The notes: generated from the sequence alone by a model not told the origin. 64,000 bases of DNA from an uncultured delta proteobacterium (GCA_963785725.1 CAWAWS010000004.1:128001-192000), one strand, 5' to 3'. Positions 29,149 through 38,220 are shown, counted from the first letter of the stretch. Translations and numbers: made by a program.

Positions 29149-31648
29149 TTACTCGGCCAGCTCGAAGTCGGTGCGCGCCTGCGGGACCGACGGCTCGAGC
29201 AGCAGCGAGCCGGGCACGCCGCGCAAGGCCGGCGCCAGCAGGCGCGAGAGTAAGTCTTCGCCGGCGACGCGCTCGCCGCCGATGCCGAACAGCTGCAAGA
29301 GCTCGCTCAACAGCGTCGTGTCGTCGGGGATCGCCTCCAGCTTGACGCGTGCCTTCTCGGACAGGCCGGCGCGCTGCTTGGCTTCGGCGACGGCGTCCAT
29401 GAGGCCGCCGTATTCGTCGACGAGGCCGTGGGCGCGGCCGGCCTCGCCCGACCAGACGTGACCGCGGCCGATGGCGTCGACCTCGGCCGTCGTCAGCTTG
29501 CGGCCGCGCGACACCTGCGCGACGAAGCGGCCGTAGAAATAGCGCAGCTTCTCCAGGATCAACACGCGCTCTTCGTCGGTGTACAGGCGCCACATGCTGT
29601 CCATGGCCGCGTGCGTGCCGCGCTCGTAGCTCTCGAAGCTGACGCCGAGCTTGTGGGCCAGGCCGCTGACGTCGAACTTGCCGGTGAAGATGCCGATGGA
29701 GCCGGTCAGCGTCGAGGGCTCGGCGTAGATGCGCGAGCAGGCGGCGGCGATGAAGTAGCCGCCCGACGCGGCCACGTCGCCGAGCGAGCAGATGACCGGC
29801 TTGACCGTGGCCGTGCGCTCGAGCTCGCGGGCGAGCACGTCGGAGGCGAGCGCCGAGCCGCCGGGGCTGTCGATGCGCACGACGATCGCCTTGACCTGCG
29901 AGTCGTCGCGCGCGCGCTGCAACGCCGCCAAGAGCGTCTGCATTCCCGTCAGGCGCATGTCGACGAGCGGGATGTACGCCGACTTGCCGTCGACGATGTC
30001 GCCGTCGACGAAGAGCACGGCCACGGCCGGCCGCTCCCAGTCGAGATCGCGCTCGACCGTCGTCGGCGGCGTGCGCAGGTTGTAGTGCCGGCCGAGCGCT
30101 TGCGTGATGGCCTCTTCGACCTCGTCGCCGTGGCGCAGTTCGTCGACGAGCCCGGCCTGCTTGGCGTCGACGGCGGTGTAAGGTCCGCGGTCGATCCAGT
30201 CGCGCACTTGGTCGGGCTTGACGCTGCGTGACTCGGCGATGCCGTTGACGAGGTGCGCGTAGGTGTCGCTGACGTAGGCTTCGCGCTGCTGTTTCGCCGG
30301 CTCCGACGAGCTGTCGCGCAGGTATTGTTCGGGCGCGCTCTTGTATTCGGCGATCTTGACGAAGTCGGCGCGCACGCCGAGCAAGTCACCGAGGCCGCGG
30401 AAGAACAGGCTCGTCGACGCCAACCCGACGAGCCGAATGCCGCCGGCCGGATCTTGGTAGACGCGCTCGGCGGCGGACGCGACGAAGTAGCCGCGCGTCG
30501 TGGTCTCGCCGATGTACGCGAAGACGTGCTTGCCGGCGCGGCGCAAGCGCATGAACGAGGCGCGTAACTCTTCGGCCGTGGCCCAGCTGCCGCCGACCTC
30601 GCCGATGACGACGACGATGCCGGCGACTTCGCGGTCGCGCTCGAGGCGGCGCATCCACGAGGTCAAGAGCGCCAGTTTGCGCGCGCCCAGCTGGCCCGTC
30701 AGCTCGATGCGCTCGAGGTGCGTCGGCCCTTGCCAGAACGTCGGATAGCGATCGCCGGAGAGGCGCCCGGCGACGGTGAAGCCGTGGGCGCGCGTCACGC
30801 CTTGGTCGCGCCCGAAGAGGCCGAACACTTGCGCGCCGATGTGCTCGAGATCGAGGGCGACGCCGAGCGCGGCGCGGATGTCGTTGACGGGCGCGGCGTC
30901 GAGGTCGATGTAGCGCTTCCACTCGAGGTCGCACTTGATCGTGACGCCGGCGGTGGGCGTGATCCACAGGCGAAAATGCGGGTCGATGTCTTCGCGCCGC
31001 TCGCCGATGCGCGCGCCCGCCGACAGCTCGACGACGTTGCTCGAGAACGGCCGCAGCGCGATCTCCGGCTCCCACACGCGCTGCAGCGGAAACTGCGCCA
31101 CCGCCGGCGACGGCAAGTCATGCAGCACGAGCGCGGCCGAGATCCAGCGCGCCGGCCGCAAGCGTCAAGGCGACGTCGAGCGTGTCGATGCCTTGCGCCA
31201 CCGGCCCTTGGTCGGCCCACACGTGCGCGTAATGCAGGCCGAGCGCGAGCGTCGAGAAGAGCCGCACCGCCAGCGCTAGGTCGAGCTTCTGCTCGTTGCC
31301 GAAGGGGAAATCGACCGGCGGGCGCAGCAGCTGCACGCCGATGCCGAGGCTGATGCGCGACAACAGCGGCAGCGGCGCGGCGAAGAAGAAGCCGTCGCCG
31401 CGCCCGCCGACGGTCTGCGCCGGATCGAGCTCGGAGTGCAAATAGACGCCCGACCACGACGGCAAGTAGGCCAGCGACGCCGGGTTCTTCTCGATGTCGC
31501 TGGCATCGGCATCGCCGGCGACGCCGACGGTCGGGTTGTAGACGCCGGGCGTGGGCGGCTCGCCGACCGGGATCTGCTTCGTCTGCGCGCGCGCCGACAG
31601 CGGCCAGATCAGGAAAACGAGCGCGACGGCGACGACGGTTTTACGCAT
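29149..31648 (-). CDS. sppA: Signal peptide peptidase SppA (two S49 domains) with a long N-terminal extension; frameshift at ~31160
   Basis: EYKSAPE, RIDSPGGSALASD, VAASGGY, LTGSIGI, GRGHVWSG, GLVDEYGG; N-terminal part with signal peptide lies in ORF 31118..31648. Confidence 0.9.
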
Positions 31649-31674
31649 GGGGCCGGCAGTATATGATCGGGTTC

Positions 31675-32154
31675 ATGGCGGTGACCAACGCTGAGCTGCT
31701 ACGACAGCACCCGCTTCTGGCGCGGCTGTCGTTGGAGCAGGTGCTACGCTTCGCGCAGGCGGGCGAGCTGGAGAAATTTCGCGCCGGCGAGGACATCGTC
31801 GTCGAAGGGACGCTCGGCGACTCGCTCTATCTCATTCTGTCGGGCAGCGCCGAGGTGCACGTGGGCGGCGGCGAGACGCGGCCGTTGGCGACGCTCAAGC
31901 CGGGCGAGTTCTTCGGCGAGATGTCGCTGGTCGAGCCGGCGGTGCGATCGGCGACGGTGCGCGCCGTCGACGACGCCGAGCTGTTTCGCGTGCCGCACTA
32001 CGCGCTCGCGAACCTGCTCGAGGACGATCCGGTCGTCTTGCACCTCGTGCTGGTGACCGTCATTCGCGTCTTGTCGAAGCGGCTGCGCGACACGAACGGG
32101 CTCGTCGGCTCGGTCGAGAAGCTGTCGGAGTGGCTGGCGGCGTCGCTGGTCTGA
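31675..32154 (+). CDS. Stand-alone cyclic nucleotide-binding domain protein
   Basis: IVVEG..GDSLYLILSG, FFGEMSL...RSATVRA; no HTH. Confidence 0.9.
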   Translation: MAVTNAELLRQHPLLARLSLEQVLRFAQAGELEKFRAGEDIVVEGTLGDSLYLILSGSAEVHVGGGETRPLATLKPGEFFGEMSLVEPAVRSATVRAVDDAELFRVPHYALANLLEDDPVVLHLVLVTVIRVLSKRLRDTNGLVGSVEKLSEWLAASLV

Positions 32155-32319
32155 CCGCGCCGGCCTGAGGCTGAGCGCCCCGTAGCCGCTGGGAATCCGC
32201 CCACCGAGCGACCGGAGCACGAGCGCGTGAGCTCGGCGGCGTCTCGATCGCGAGACGGCGAGGCGTCGCCAACACCTTGCGGCGCAATGGCTTAGGCGCG
32301 CTCGCGGGCGTGACCGGCG

Positions 32320-32335
32320 AGGTACGATTGTTGCT
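32320..32335 (+). promoter_or_regulatory. Putative sigma54 (-24/-12) promoter
   Basis: AGGTACGATTGTTGCT versus consensus TGGCACGRNNNTTGCW; exact GG-N10-GC spacing, just upstream of ATG 32349. Confidence 0.65.
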
Positions 32336-32348
32336 TTTCGCTGGCGCC

Positions 32349-33950
32349 ATGCGAGTCAGGGGAAGCCTGCGCCGAACCCGCGGCGTGACGGCGATCGAGT
32401 ACGGCGTGGTGCTGGTGCTGGTGGCGATGAGCGTCATCATCGGCTACCGCACCTTCGGCAAGCGCGTTCGCTGCGCCATGGCCAGCGCCGGCGACAAGCT
32501 CGCCGACTCCGATGGGCCGAGCGAATGCCAGCCGTCGCCCACGGTCGCCCAAAACGGCGGCGGCGGCAGCGGCGGCTGCCAAGGCGCCGCCTGCTTCCTG
32601 CCCGGCAAGTGCTTCGTCGCCGGCACGCTGGTGCTCACCGACGAAGGCGAGCAGCCGATTGAGACCATCACCGTCGGCGAGCGCGTGTTGGCGCGCGACG
32701 AGGCCGGCGTGCTCGGCTGGCAGCCGGTGCTGCGCACGTTCGCGCGCTCGACGGACGCGCTGGTGCGGCTGACGCTCGACGACGACAACGCGATCGAGCT
32801 GACGCCCGAGCATCGGCTGTTCGTCGACGGGCGCGGCTGGGTGGAGGCGCGCGACGTGGCGGCGGGCGAGTCGCTCGTCGACGCCGGCGGCGCCGACGTC
32901 GTCGTGGGCGCGGTCGAGTCGGTCGCGCGCACGGCGCCGGTCTTCAACCTCGAAGTGGCCGAGCTGCACAGCTACTTCGTCGGTGGACGGCAGATCTGGG
33001 CGCACAACGACTGCGGCGACGGCGAGGGATCCGGCAGCGGCGGCAGCGGCGAGGGATCCGGCAGCGGCGGCAGTCCGCCCGCGAGCAGCGGTGGCGGCGG
33101 ATTGGCGCCGCCGTCGATCGCGCCGCCGACGGTCGCGCCGCCGACGGTGTCGACGGAGTCGGGCGGTCCCGGCATCCTCAGTCCGCCACCGCCACCGCCG
33201 CCGCCGGCTCCGGCCGTGCCGCCGCCGAGCATCATCACGCCCAGCAGCGCGGCGCCGCCGGCGGTCACGCAAGGCAGCACGGCCGTGGCGCAGGCGACGC
33301 CGCAGCCGACGACGGCGTCAGCCGTGCTGTCGTCGGTGCCGAGCGGTCACTTGACGCTGTATGCCGACATCGAGGCGACCGGCATGCTGGGCGGCAACAT
33401 CCCGACCGTGCAGAACATGCAGCAGGGCGCCGTCGGTCACGCGTTCATCGGCTTCAACGAAGGCAACGGCAACGAACGGCTCATCGGCATGTGGCCCAAC
33501 ATCTACAACAACCAGTATTACGATCCCAGCCGTCCTTGGGCGTCGGTCGGCGGCCTCGTCATGGAGCCGGACGAAGACCACTACGACAGCCCGCACCTGC
33601 GGCAGCAGCGCTATCCGTTGACGCCGGCGCAGGTCGCGGCCGTCAATCAGTACATCAACTCGCATCGCAACCCGCAGTCGCCGTACAACCTGTTCGGCTG
33701 GCGCGGCGGGCAGAACTGCGTGACGTTCGCCTGCGGCGCCGTCAGCGCGGCCGGCTATACGCCGCCGCCGTACAGCATCTTCGGCTTTCCCAACCCGAAC
33801 GCGCTGCACAACAACTTGCCGCCGCGGCCGCCGACGCCGCCGCGACCGCCGACGCCGCCGTCGCCGTCGCGCAGCAGCAGCTTCGGCAGCATCTACAGCT
33901 CGCACAGCTCGGGCAGCGTCTACAGCACGCACAGCAGCACCGGCCCCTGA
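32349..33950 (+). CDS. Flp/Tad pilin - Hint (intein-like) - Pro-rich linker - permuted papain-like domain fusion protein
   Basis: RG|VTAIEY plus hydrophobic helix; CFVAGTLV...LTPEH...VFNLEV...WAHN (32610-33008); GHAFIG...YNL...NCVTFA. Confidence 0.9.
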   Translation: MRVRGSLRRTRGVTAIEYGVVLVLVAMSVIIGYRTFGKRVRCAMASAGDKLADSDGPSECQPSPTVAQNGGGGSGGCQGAACFLPGKCFVAGTLVLTDEGEQPIETITVGERVLARDEAGVLGWQPVLRTFARSTDALVRLTLDDDNAIELTPEHRLFVDGRGWVEARDVAAGESLVDAGGADVVVGAVESVARTAPVFNLEVAELHSYFVGGRQIWAHNDCGDGEGSGSGGSGEGSGSGGSPPASSGGGGLAPPSIAPPTVAPPTVSTESGGPGILSPPPPPPPPAPAVPPPSIITPSSAAPPAVTQGSTAVAQATPQPTTASAVLSSVPSGHLTLYADIEATGMLGGNIPTVQNMQQGAVGHAFIGFNEGNGNERLIGMWPNIYNNQYYDPSRPWASVGGLVMEPDEDHYDSPHLRQQRYPLTPAQVAAVNQYINSHRNPQSPYNLFGWRGGQNCVTFACGAVSAAGYTPPPYSIFGFPNPNALHNNLPPRPPTPPRPPTPPSPSRSSSFGSIYSSHSSGSVYSTHSSTGP

Positions 33951-33957
33951 CGTCGCG

Positions 33958-34893
33958 TCAGCGGTCGAGCGGCTCGAGGATCGTCGGTTGGCGCGTGAGG
34001 CGCGTCAGATCGAAGTCGGCCACGAGCTCGCGCGCGGTGACGATCGCGTCGGGCGCGCACAGGCCGAGCGAGCCGGCCAGCATGCCGACGACGCGCGCCG
34101 CCGGCACGCCGCGCTCGCGCCAGCTGCCGACGGAGATGGCGCCGTGCCGCTTCGACAGGCGGCTGCCGTCGGCGCCGAGCACGAGCGGCACGTGCGCGAA
34201 CCGGGGCGCCGTCAGCTCGAGCGCGCGATAGAGCAGCAGCTGGCGCGCGGTCGAGCCCAACAGGTCGTCGCCGCGCAGCACGTCCGTCATCGCCATGGCC
34301 GCGTCGTCGACGACCACCGCCAGCTGATAGGCGGTCACGCCGTCGGCGCGGCGGATGACGAAGTCGCCCACCGTCGCCGCCACGTCGTCGGCCTGCGCGC
34401 CGTGCACGCCGTCGACGAAGGTCACGACTTCGGGCTCGACGCGCAGCCGCACCGACGGCGTGCGACCGGGTGGTCCCGACGTGCGCTCGCGGCAGGTGCC
34501 GGGATAGCGCGGGCCGTCGTCGCCGGCGCCGTGGGGCGCGGTGGCGGCGCGGGCCACTTCGGCGCGCGAGCACCAGCAGCGGAAGGCGCGCCCCGACGCC
34601 AGCAGCTGCTCGACGGCGGCGTCATACAGCGGCTGGCGCTCGGATTGCCGATAGGGCGCGTACGGACCGCCTGGGCGCGGCCCTTCGTCGCAGTCGATTC
34701 CCAGCCAATCCAGGTCGTCGAGGATGCGCGCTTCGGCGCCGGCGATGACGCGCGGGCGGTCCAAGTCCTCGACTCGCAAGACGAACGCGCCGCCGGCCGC
34801 GCGCGCCCACAGCCACGCCGCCAGCGCCGTGCGGGCGCCGCCCAAGTGCAGATCGCCCGTCGGCGAAGGTGCGAAACGACCGCGATGGCCCAT
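33958..34893 (-). CDS. gluQ: Glutamyl-Q tRNA(Asp) synthetase
   Basis: RFAPSPTGDLHLG, LRVEDLD, CWCSR, YPGTCR, YQLAVVVDD, RLSKR; 311 aa with no anticodon-binding domain. Confidence 0.9.
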   Translation of the reverse strand: MGHRGRFAPSPTGDLHLGGARTALAAWLWARAAGGAFVLRVEDLDRPRVIAGAEARILDDLDWLGIDCDEGPRPGGPYAPYRQSERQPLYDAAVEQLLASGRAFRCWCSRAEVARAATAPHGAGDDGPRYPGTCRERTSGPPGRTPSVRLRVEPEVVTFVDGVHGAQADDVAATVGDFVIRRADGVTAYQLAVVVDDAAMAMTDVLRGDDLLGSTARQLLLYRALELTAPRFAHVPLVLGADGSRLSKRHGAISVGSWRERGVPAARVVGMLAGSLGLCAPDAIVTARELVADFDLTRLTRQPTILEPLDR

Positions 34894-34912
34894 CGCCTGC
34901 TAGCATAACGTC

Positions 34913-35491
34913 GTGCACGACTGGGTGGGTCCATTGATCCTCGCCGCGGTGGGCTGGTCGGCTTGGCGGGCGCGCTCGCGCGATCGCTGGCTGCAGCGCG
35001 AGCTGGCGCGTATTCCCGATGTCACGCTGTCGGATCTGAAGGAGGGGCTGCGCGTCCGCGTCACCGGCATCGTCGAAGCCGCCGGCACGCCGCTGACCGC
35101 GCCCTACTCGGGCCGCGTCTGTCTCGCCTGGTCGACGCGCGACATCGCCCGCGACAGCCTGGCCGAGCGGCTCGTCCGCTTCGCCGCCGGCGACTTCGTG
35201 CTGCGCGGCGACGACGGCGGCCGCGTGCTCGTGCGCGCCAGCGAAGCCGAGCTCGTCGTCGCCATGAACCACCCCATCAGCGTCGAGCGCGTCGGCGGCG
35301 CGGCGGTGCGGCGCGAGTCGGTGCTGCAGCCGGGCGAGCACGTCACCGTCGTCGGCACGCCGCGCCAAGAGCCCGATCCGACCGGCGTCGGCAGCTATCG
35401 CGAGCCGCCGACGCGGCTCGTCTTCGGCGCCGGCTCGTGGGTGCTGGCGGGCGCCGCGGCGACGCAGGTCGGCGTTCGCGGCCGATGGTGA
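34913..35491 (+). CDS. Membrane-anchored hypothetical protein (GIDE-like), paralog 1
   Basis: N-terminal TM; VRVTGIV...LTAPYSGRVC...FVLR...VLVR...PGEHVTVVG...YREPP. Confidence 0.65.
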   Translation: MHDWVGPLILAAVGWSAWRARSRDRWLQRELARIPDVTLSDLKEGLRVRVTGIVEAAGTPLTAPYSGRVCLAWSTRDIARDSLAERLVRFAAGDFVLRGDDGGRVLVRASEAELVVAMNHPISVERVGGAAVRRESVLQPGEHVTVVGTPRQEPDPTGVGSYREPPTRLVFGAGSWVLAGAAATQVGVRGRW

Positions 35492-36030
35492 TGCACGACG
35501 TCTTCGGCGCGCTCATGCTCGGCATCTTCGCCGCGGCGCCGATCCTCACCTTTCGCGAGCGCTTCGGCTTCTGGCGGGCGACGCGCATCGCCGATCTGGT
35601 CGACGGCGAGCGCCTCCGCGTCGACGGCGTCGTCGAGCCCATCGGCAAGCCGCTGCGCGCGCCGTGGCTCGAGATGGACTGCGTCGCCTACAGCATCTGG
35701 CGCGAAGATCCGCCGCTGCCCGAGGAGTCCGGCGAATACGACGAGGCGCAGGACTTCATGCTCCGCGACGGCGCCGGCGACAGCGTGCTCGTGCGCGTCG
35801 GCGATCGCTTCCAATTGCGCGCCGGACGACAGATTCGCCTGCCGCCGCATGTCGACGCCCACGTCATTCAGGCGGGCGATTTGGTGAGCGTCATCGGCGT
35901 CGCCGCGGAAGTGCCGGCGCTCGACGGCATGGGCGCGACCTACCGCGAGCCGCCGCGGCGCTGGATTTTGTGCGGCAGCGACCCGCAGCCGCTCGTCATC
36001 GTGGGCCGAACACGACGGGGTAGTCGCTGA
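35491..36030 (+). CDS. Membrane-anchored hypothetical protein (GIDE-like), paralog 2 (start 35485 or 35491)
   Basis: Same motif order as paralog 1: LRVDGVV...LRAPW...C...FMLR...VLVR...GDLVSVIG...YREPP. Confidence 0.65.
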   Translation: MHDVFGALMLGIFAAAPILTFRERFGFWRATRIADLVDGERLRVDGVVEPIGKPLRAPWLEMDCVAYSIWREDPPLPEESGEYDEAQDFMLRDGAGDSVLVRVGDRFQLRAGRQIRLPPHVDAHVIQAGDLVSVIGVAAEVPALDGMGATYREPPRRWILCGSDPQPLVIVGRTRRGSR

Positions 36031-36067
36031 TCACGCTCGAGCCGCTCGTCATCGGTCAGCGGCGAGG

Positions 36068-36154
36068 TCATGAGCGGCGCGATTGCCAGAAGCGGTAGCA
36101 GGCCGTCACCAGCGCGGCGCCGGCGAGGAAGTAGAAGAAGCTCTCGGGAAACAA
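36068..36154 (-). CDS. Putative 28-aa single-TM small protein MFPESFFYFLAGAALVTACYRFWQSRRS
   Basis: TTG start 1 nt after the ychF stop; mostly G/C third positions; hydrophobic core with basic tail. Confidence 0.5.
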   Translation of the reverse strand: MFPESFFYFLAGAALVTACYRFWQSRRS

Positions 36155-36155
36155 G

Positions 36156-37268
36156 CTAGACGTTGAAGCGGAAGTGCACCGTGTCGCCGTCGCGCATGAC
36201 GTACTCCTTGCCTTCGACGTGCAGCTTGGCGGCGGCGCGGCAAGCCGCTTCCGAGCCCAGCTTGACCAGATCCTCCCACCAAATGACTTCGGCCTTGATG
36301 AAGCCCTTTTCGAAGTCGGTGTGGATGGCGCCGGCCGCTTGCGGCGCCTTCGTGCCGTTCAAGATGGTCCAGGCGCGCACTTCGGTCTCGCCGGCGGTGA
36401 AGAACGTGATGAGCCCGAGCAGGTTGTAGCCCGTGCGCACGACCTTGTTGAGGCCGGGCTCGTCGAGCCCGAGCGAGGCCAGGAACTCCGGCTGCTCTTC
36501 GGGCGGCAGCGTCGAGATCTCGGCTTCGGCGGCGGCGCTGATGACGACGACCGGCGCGTTCTCTTTGGCCGCCACTTTGCGCAGCGCTTCGACGTACGGA
36601 TCCTTGCCGGCCACCGCCGCCGCCAGCTGCTTCTCGGCGACGTTGGCGACATACATGACCTTCTTGGACGTCAACAACGACAGCTCTTTCAGGAGCACGC
36701 GCTCGTCGTCGGTCATCTCGATCGCGCGCACGGGGATGCCGTCGTTCAACCCTTTTTGCAGCTTGTTGCAGAAGTCGAACATCGCCTTCTCGGCCTTGGC
36801 GTCGGCGCCCTTCATCGACTTGCCGGCTTTGGCGCCGCGCTTCTCGACGGTCTCGAAATCCTTCAGGCCCAATTCGGTGTCGATGGTGGCGATGTCACCG
36901 GCGGGATCGATGCGCCCTTCGACGTGGACGATGTTCTCATCCTCGAAGCAGCGGACGACGTGCGCGATGGCGTTGACCTCGCGAATGTTGGCCAAGAACT
37001 GATTGCCGAGGCCTTCGCCTTTGGAGGCGCCGCGGACGAGGCCGGCGATGTCGACGAACTCGAGCGTCGTCGGCACGACCTTCTTCGGCTTGATGACCTT
37101 CACCAGCGCGTCTTGGCGCGGATCATGGACTCCGACGATTCCGACGTTCGGCTCGATCGTGCAAAAAGGATAGTTGGCCGCCTCGGCCTGCTGTGTGGCC
37201 GACAGCGCGTTGAACAGGGTCGACTTCCCGACGTTGGGAAGGCCGACGATTCCGCATGCAAAACCCAT
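36156..37268 (-). CDS. ychF: Ribosome-binding ATPase YchF (Obg family)
   Basis: [55 protein letters not shown]. Confidence 0.97.
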   Translation of the reverse strand: MGFACGIVGLPNVGKSTLFNALSATQQAEAANYPFCTIEPNVGIVGVHDPRQDALVKVIKPKKVVPTTLEFVDIAGLVRGASKGEGLGNQFLANIREVNAIAHVVRCFEDENIVHVEGRIDPAGDIATIDTELGLKDFETVEKRGAKAGKSMKGADAKAEKAMFDFCNKLQKGLNDGIPVRAIEMTDDERVLLKELSLLTSKKVMYVANVAEKQLAAAVAGKDPYVEALRKVAAKENAPVVVISAAAEAEISTLPPEEQPEFLASLGLDEPGLNKVVRTGYNLLGLITFFTAGETEVRAWTILNGTKAPQAAGAIHTDFEKGFIKAEVIWWEDLVKLGSEAACRAAAKLHVEGKEYVMRDGDTVHFRFNV

Positions 37269-37326
37269 GGGCGAGCAGTCTAGTCGAAAGTTGTAAATGC
37301 AAAGGCGAAAAGGTTAACGTCGGACC

Positions 37327-38220
37327 ATGCAAAGGGGGCTTCTCGTCGTCGCTCTGGTCGTTTCCGCCTGTGCGCACAAGCCGCCGCCGCCGGCGCCCGC
37401 GCCGCCGCCGCCGCCGCCGCCCAAAGGCGAGCTCTTGCGGCTCAAGCCCAAAGCGGGCGAGGCGCTGCGTAGCCATGTGAAATTGCTGATCGAGCAGGAA
37501 GTGGCCGGCGAGCAGGGGAGCAAGCGCGCGGCGACGAAGCCCTTGCTCTTGCAGTTCGGCTTCGGCGAGGAGGAGACGGTCGACTCGGTGGCGCCCGACG
37601 GCTCGCAGATCATCTCGGCGCGGCTCGTGGATGCCGTCGGTCAGGCGTCGGGCGGCGCCAGCCAGGCGATGGTCGACGACATGGCGCTGGCCTTCGACGA
37701 GCTCAAGATCAACTTCAAGCGCCAGCCGCGCGGCGAGGTGATGGCGATCGCGATGTCGGGGCTGCGCAAGCCGCTCGACGACAAGACGGCGCGCCAGGTG
37801 TTGAACGCGCTCTACGGCGCGCAGCGGGGCGCGCTGCTGCCCGAAGAGCGCGTCGAGCTGGGCGCGACCTGGAAGGTGTCGATGGCGATGCCGAGCTTGA
37901 GCGGCTACGAAGGCGACGTGCACTACGATTACACCTGGTCGCGCTCGGACGGCGGCGTCGCCATCATCGGCGGCGAAGGCCACGCCGACGGCAAGAAGGG
38001 CGCGAGCAAGCTGTCGGCGAAGAGCACGTCGGAGTACCGCTTCGACGTCGCCCGCGGCAAGCTGATGGGCTCGATGGTCGATCAGCTGACGCAGGTCGAG
38101 GACACGGCGCAGCCGGCCAATGGACAGCCGGTGCAGTCGGCGGTGCGGCAGCACCTGCGCGTCGAGTGGAGCGCCGAGCCGTCGCCCGATTCCAACGATA
38201 ATAAGGAAAAACAGGAGTAG
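37327..38220 (+). CDS. Hypothetical beta-rich lipoprotein with poly-Pro linker
   Basis: Lipobox VSAC, PPPPAPAPPPPPPP, LPEERVELGATW motif. Confidence 0.75.
   Translation: MQRGLLVVALVVSACAHKPPPPAPAPPPPPPPKGELLRLKPKAGEALRSHVKLLIEQEVAGEQGSKRAATKPLLLQFGFGEEETVDSVAPDGSQIISARLVDAVGQASGGASQAMVDDMALAFDELKINFKRQPRGEVMAIAMSGLRKPLDDKTARQVLNALYGAQRGALLPEERVELGATWKVSMAMPSLSGYEGDVHYDYTWSRSDGGVAIIGGEGHADGKKGASKLSAKSTSEYRFDVARGKLMGSMVDQLTQVEDTAQPANGQPVQSAVRQHLRVEWSAEPSPDSNDNKEKQE

Noticed and set aside
32610..33008. Classical mobile intein
   Set aside because: No endonuclease domain, +1 residue is Asp, and it is not inserted in a conserved housekeeping protein; it fits a pretoxin/bacterial intein-like Hint domain.
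33958..34893. Glutamyl-tRNA synthetase gltX, or an immunity gene for the upstream effector
   Set aside because: Too short for GltX and lacks the anticodon domain (GluQ); it is convergent and a housekeeping enzyme.
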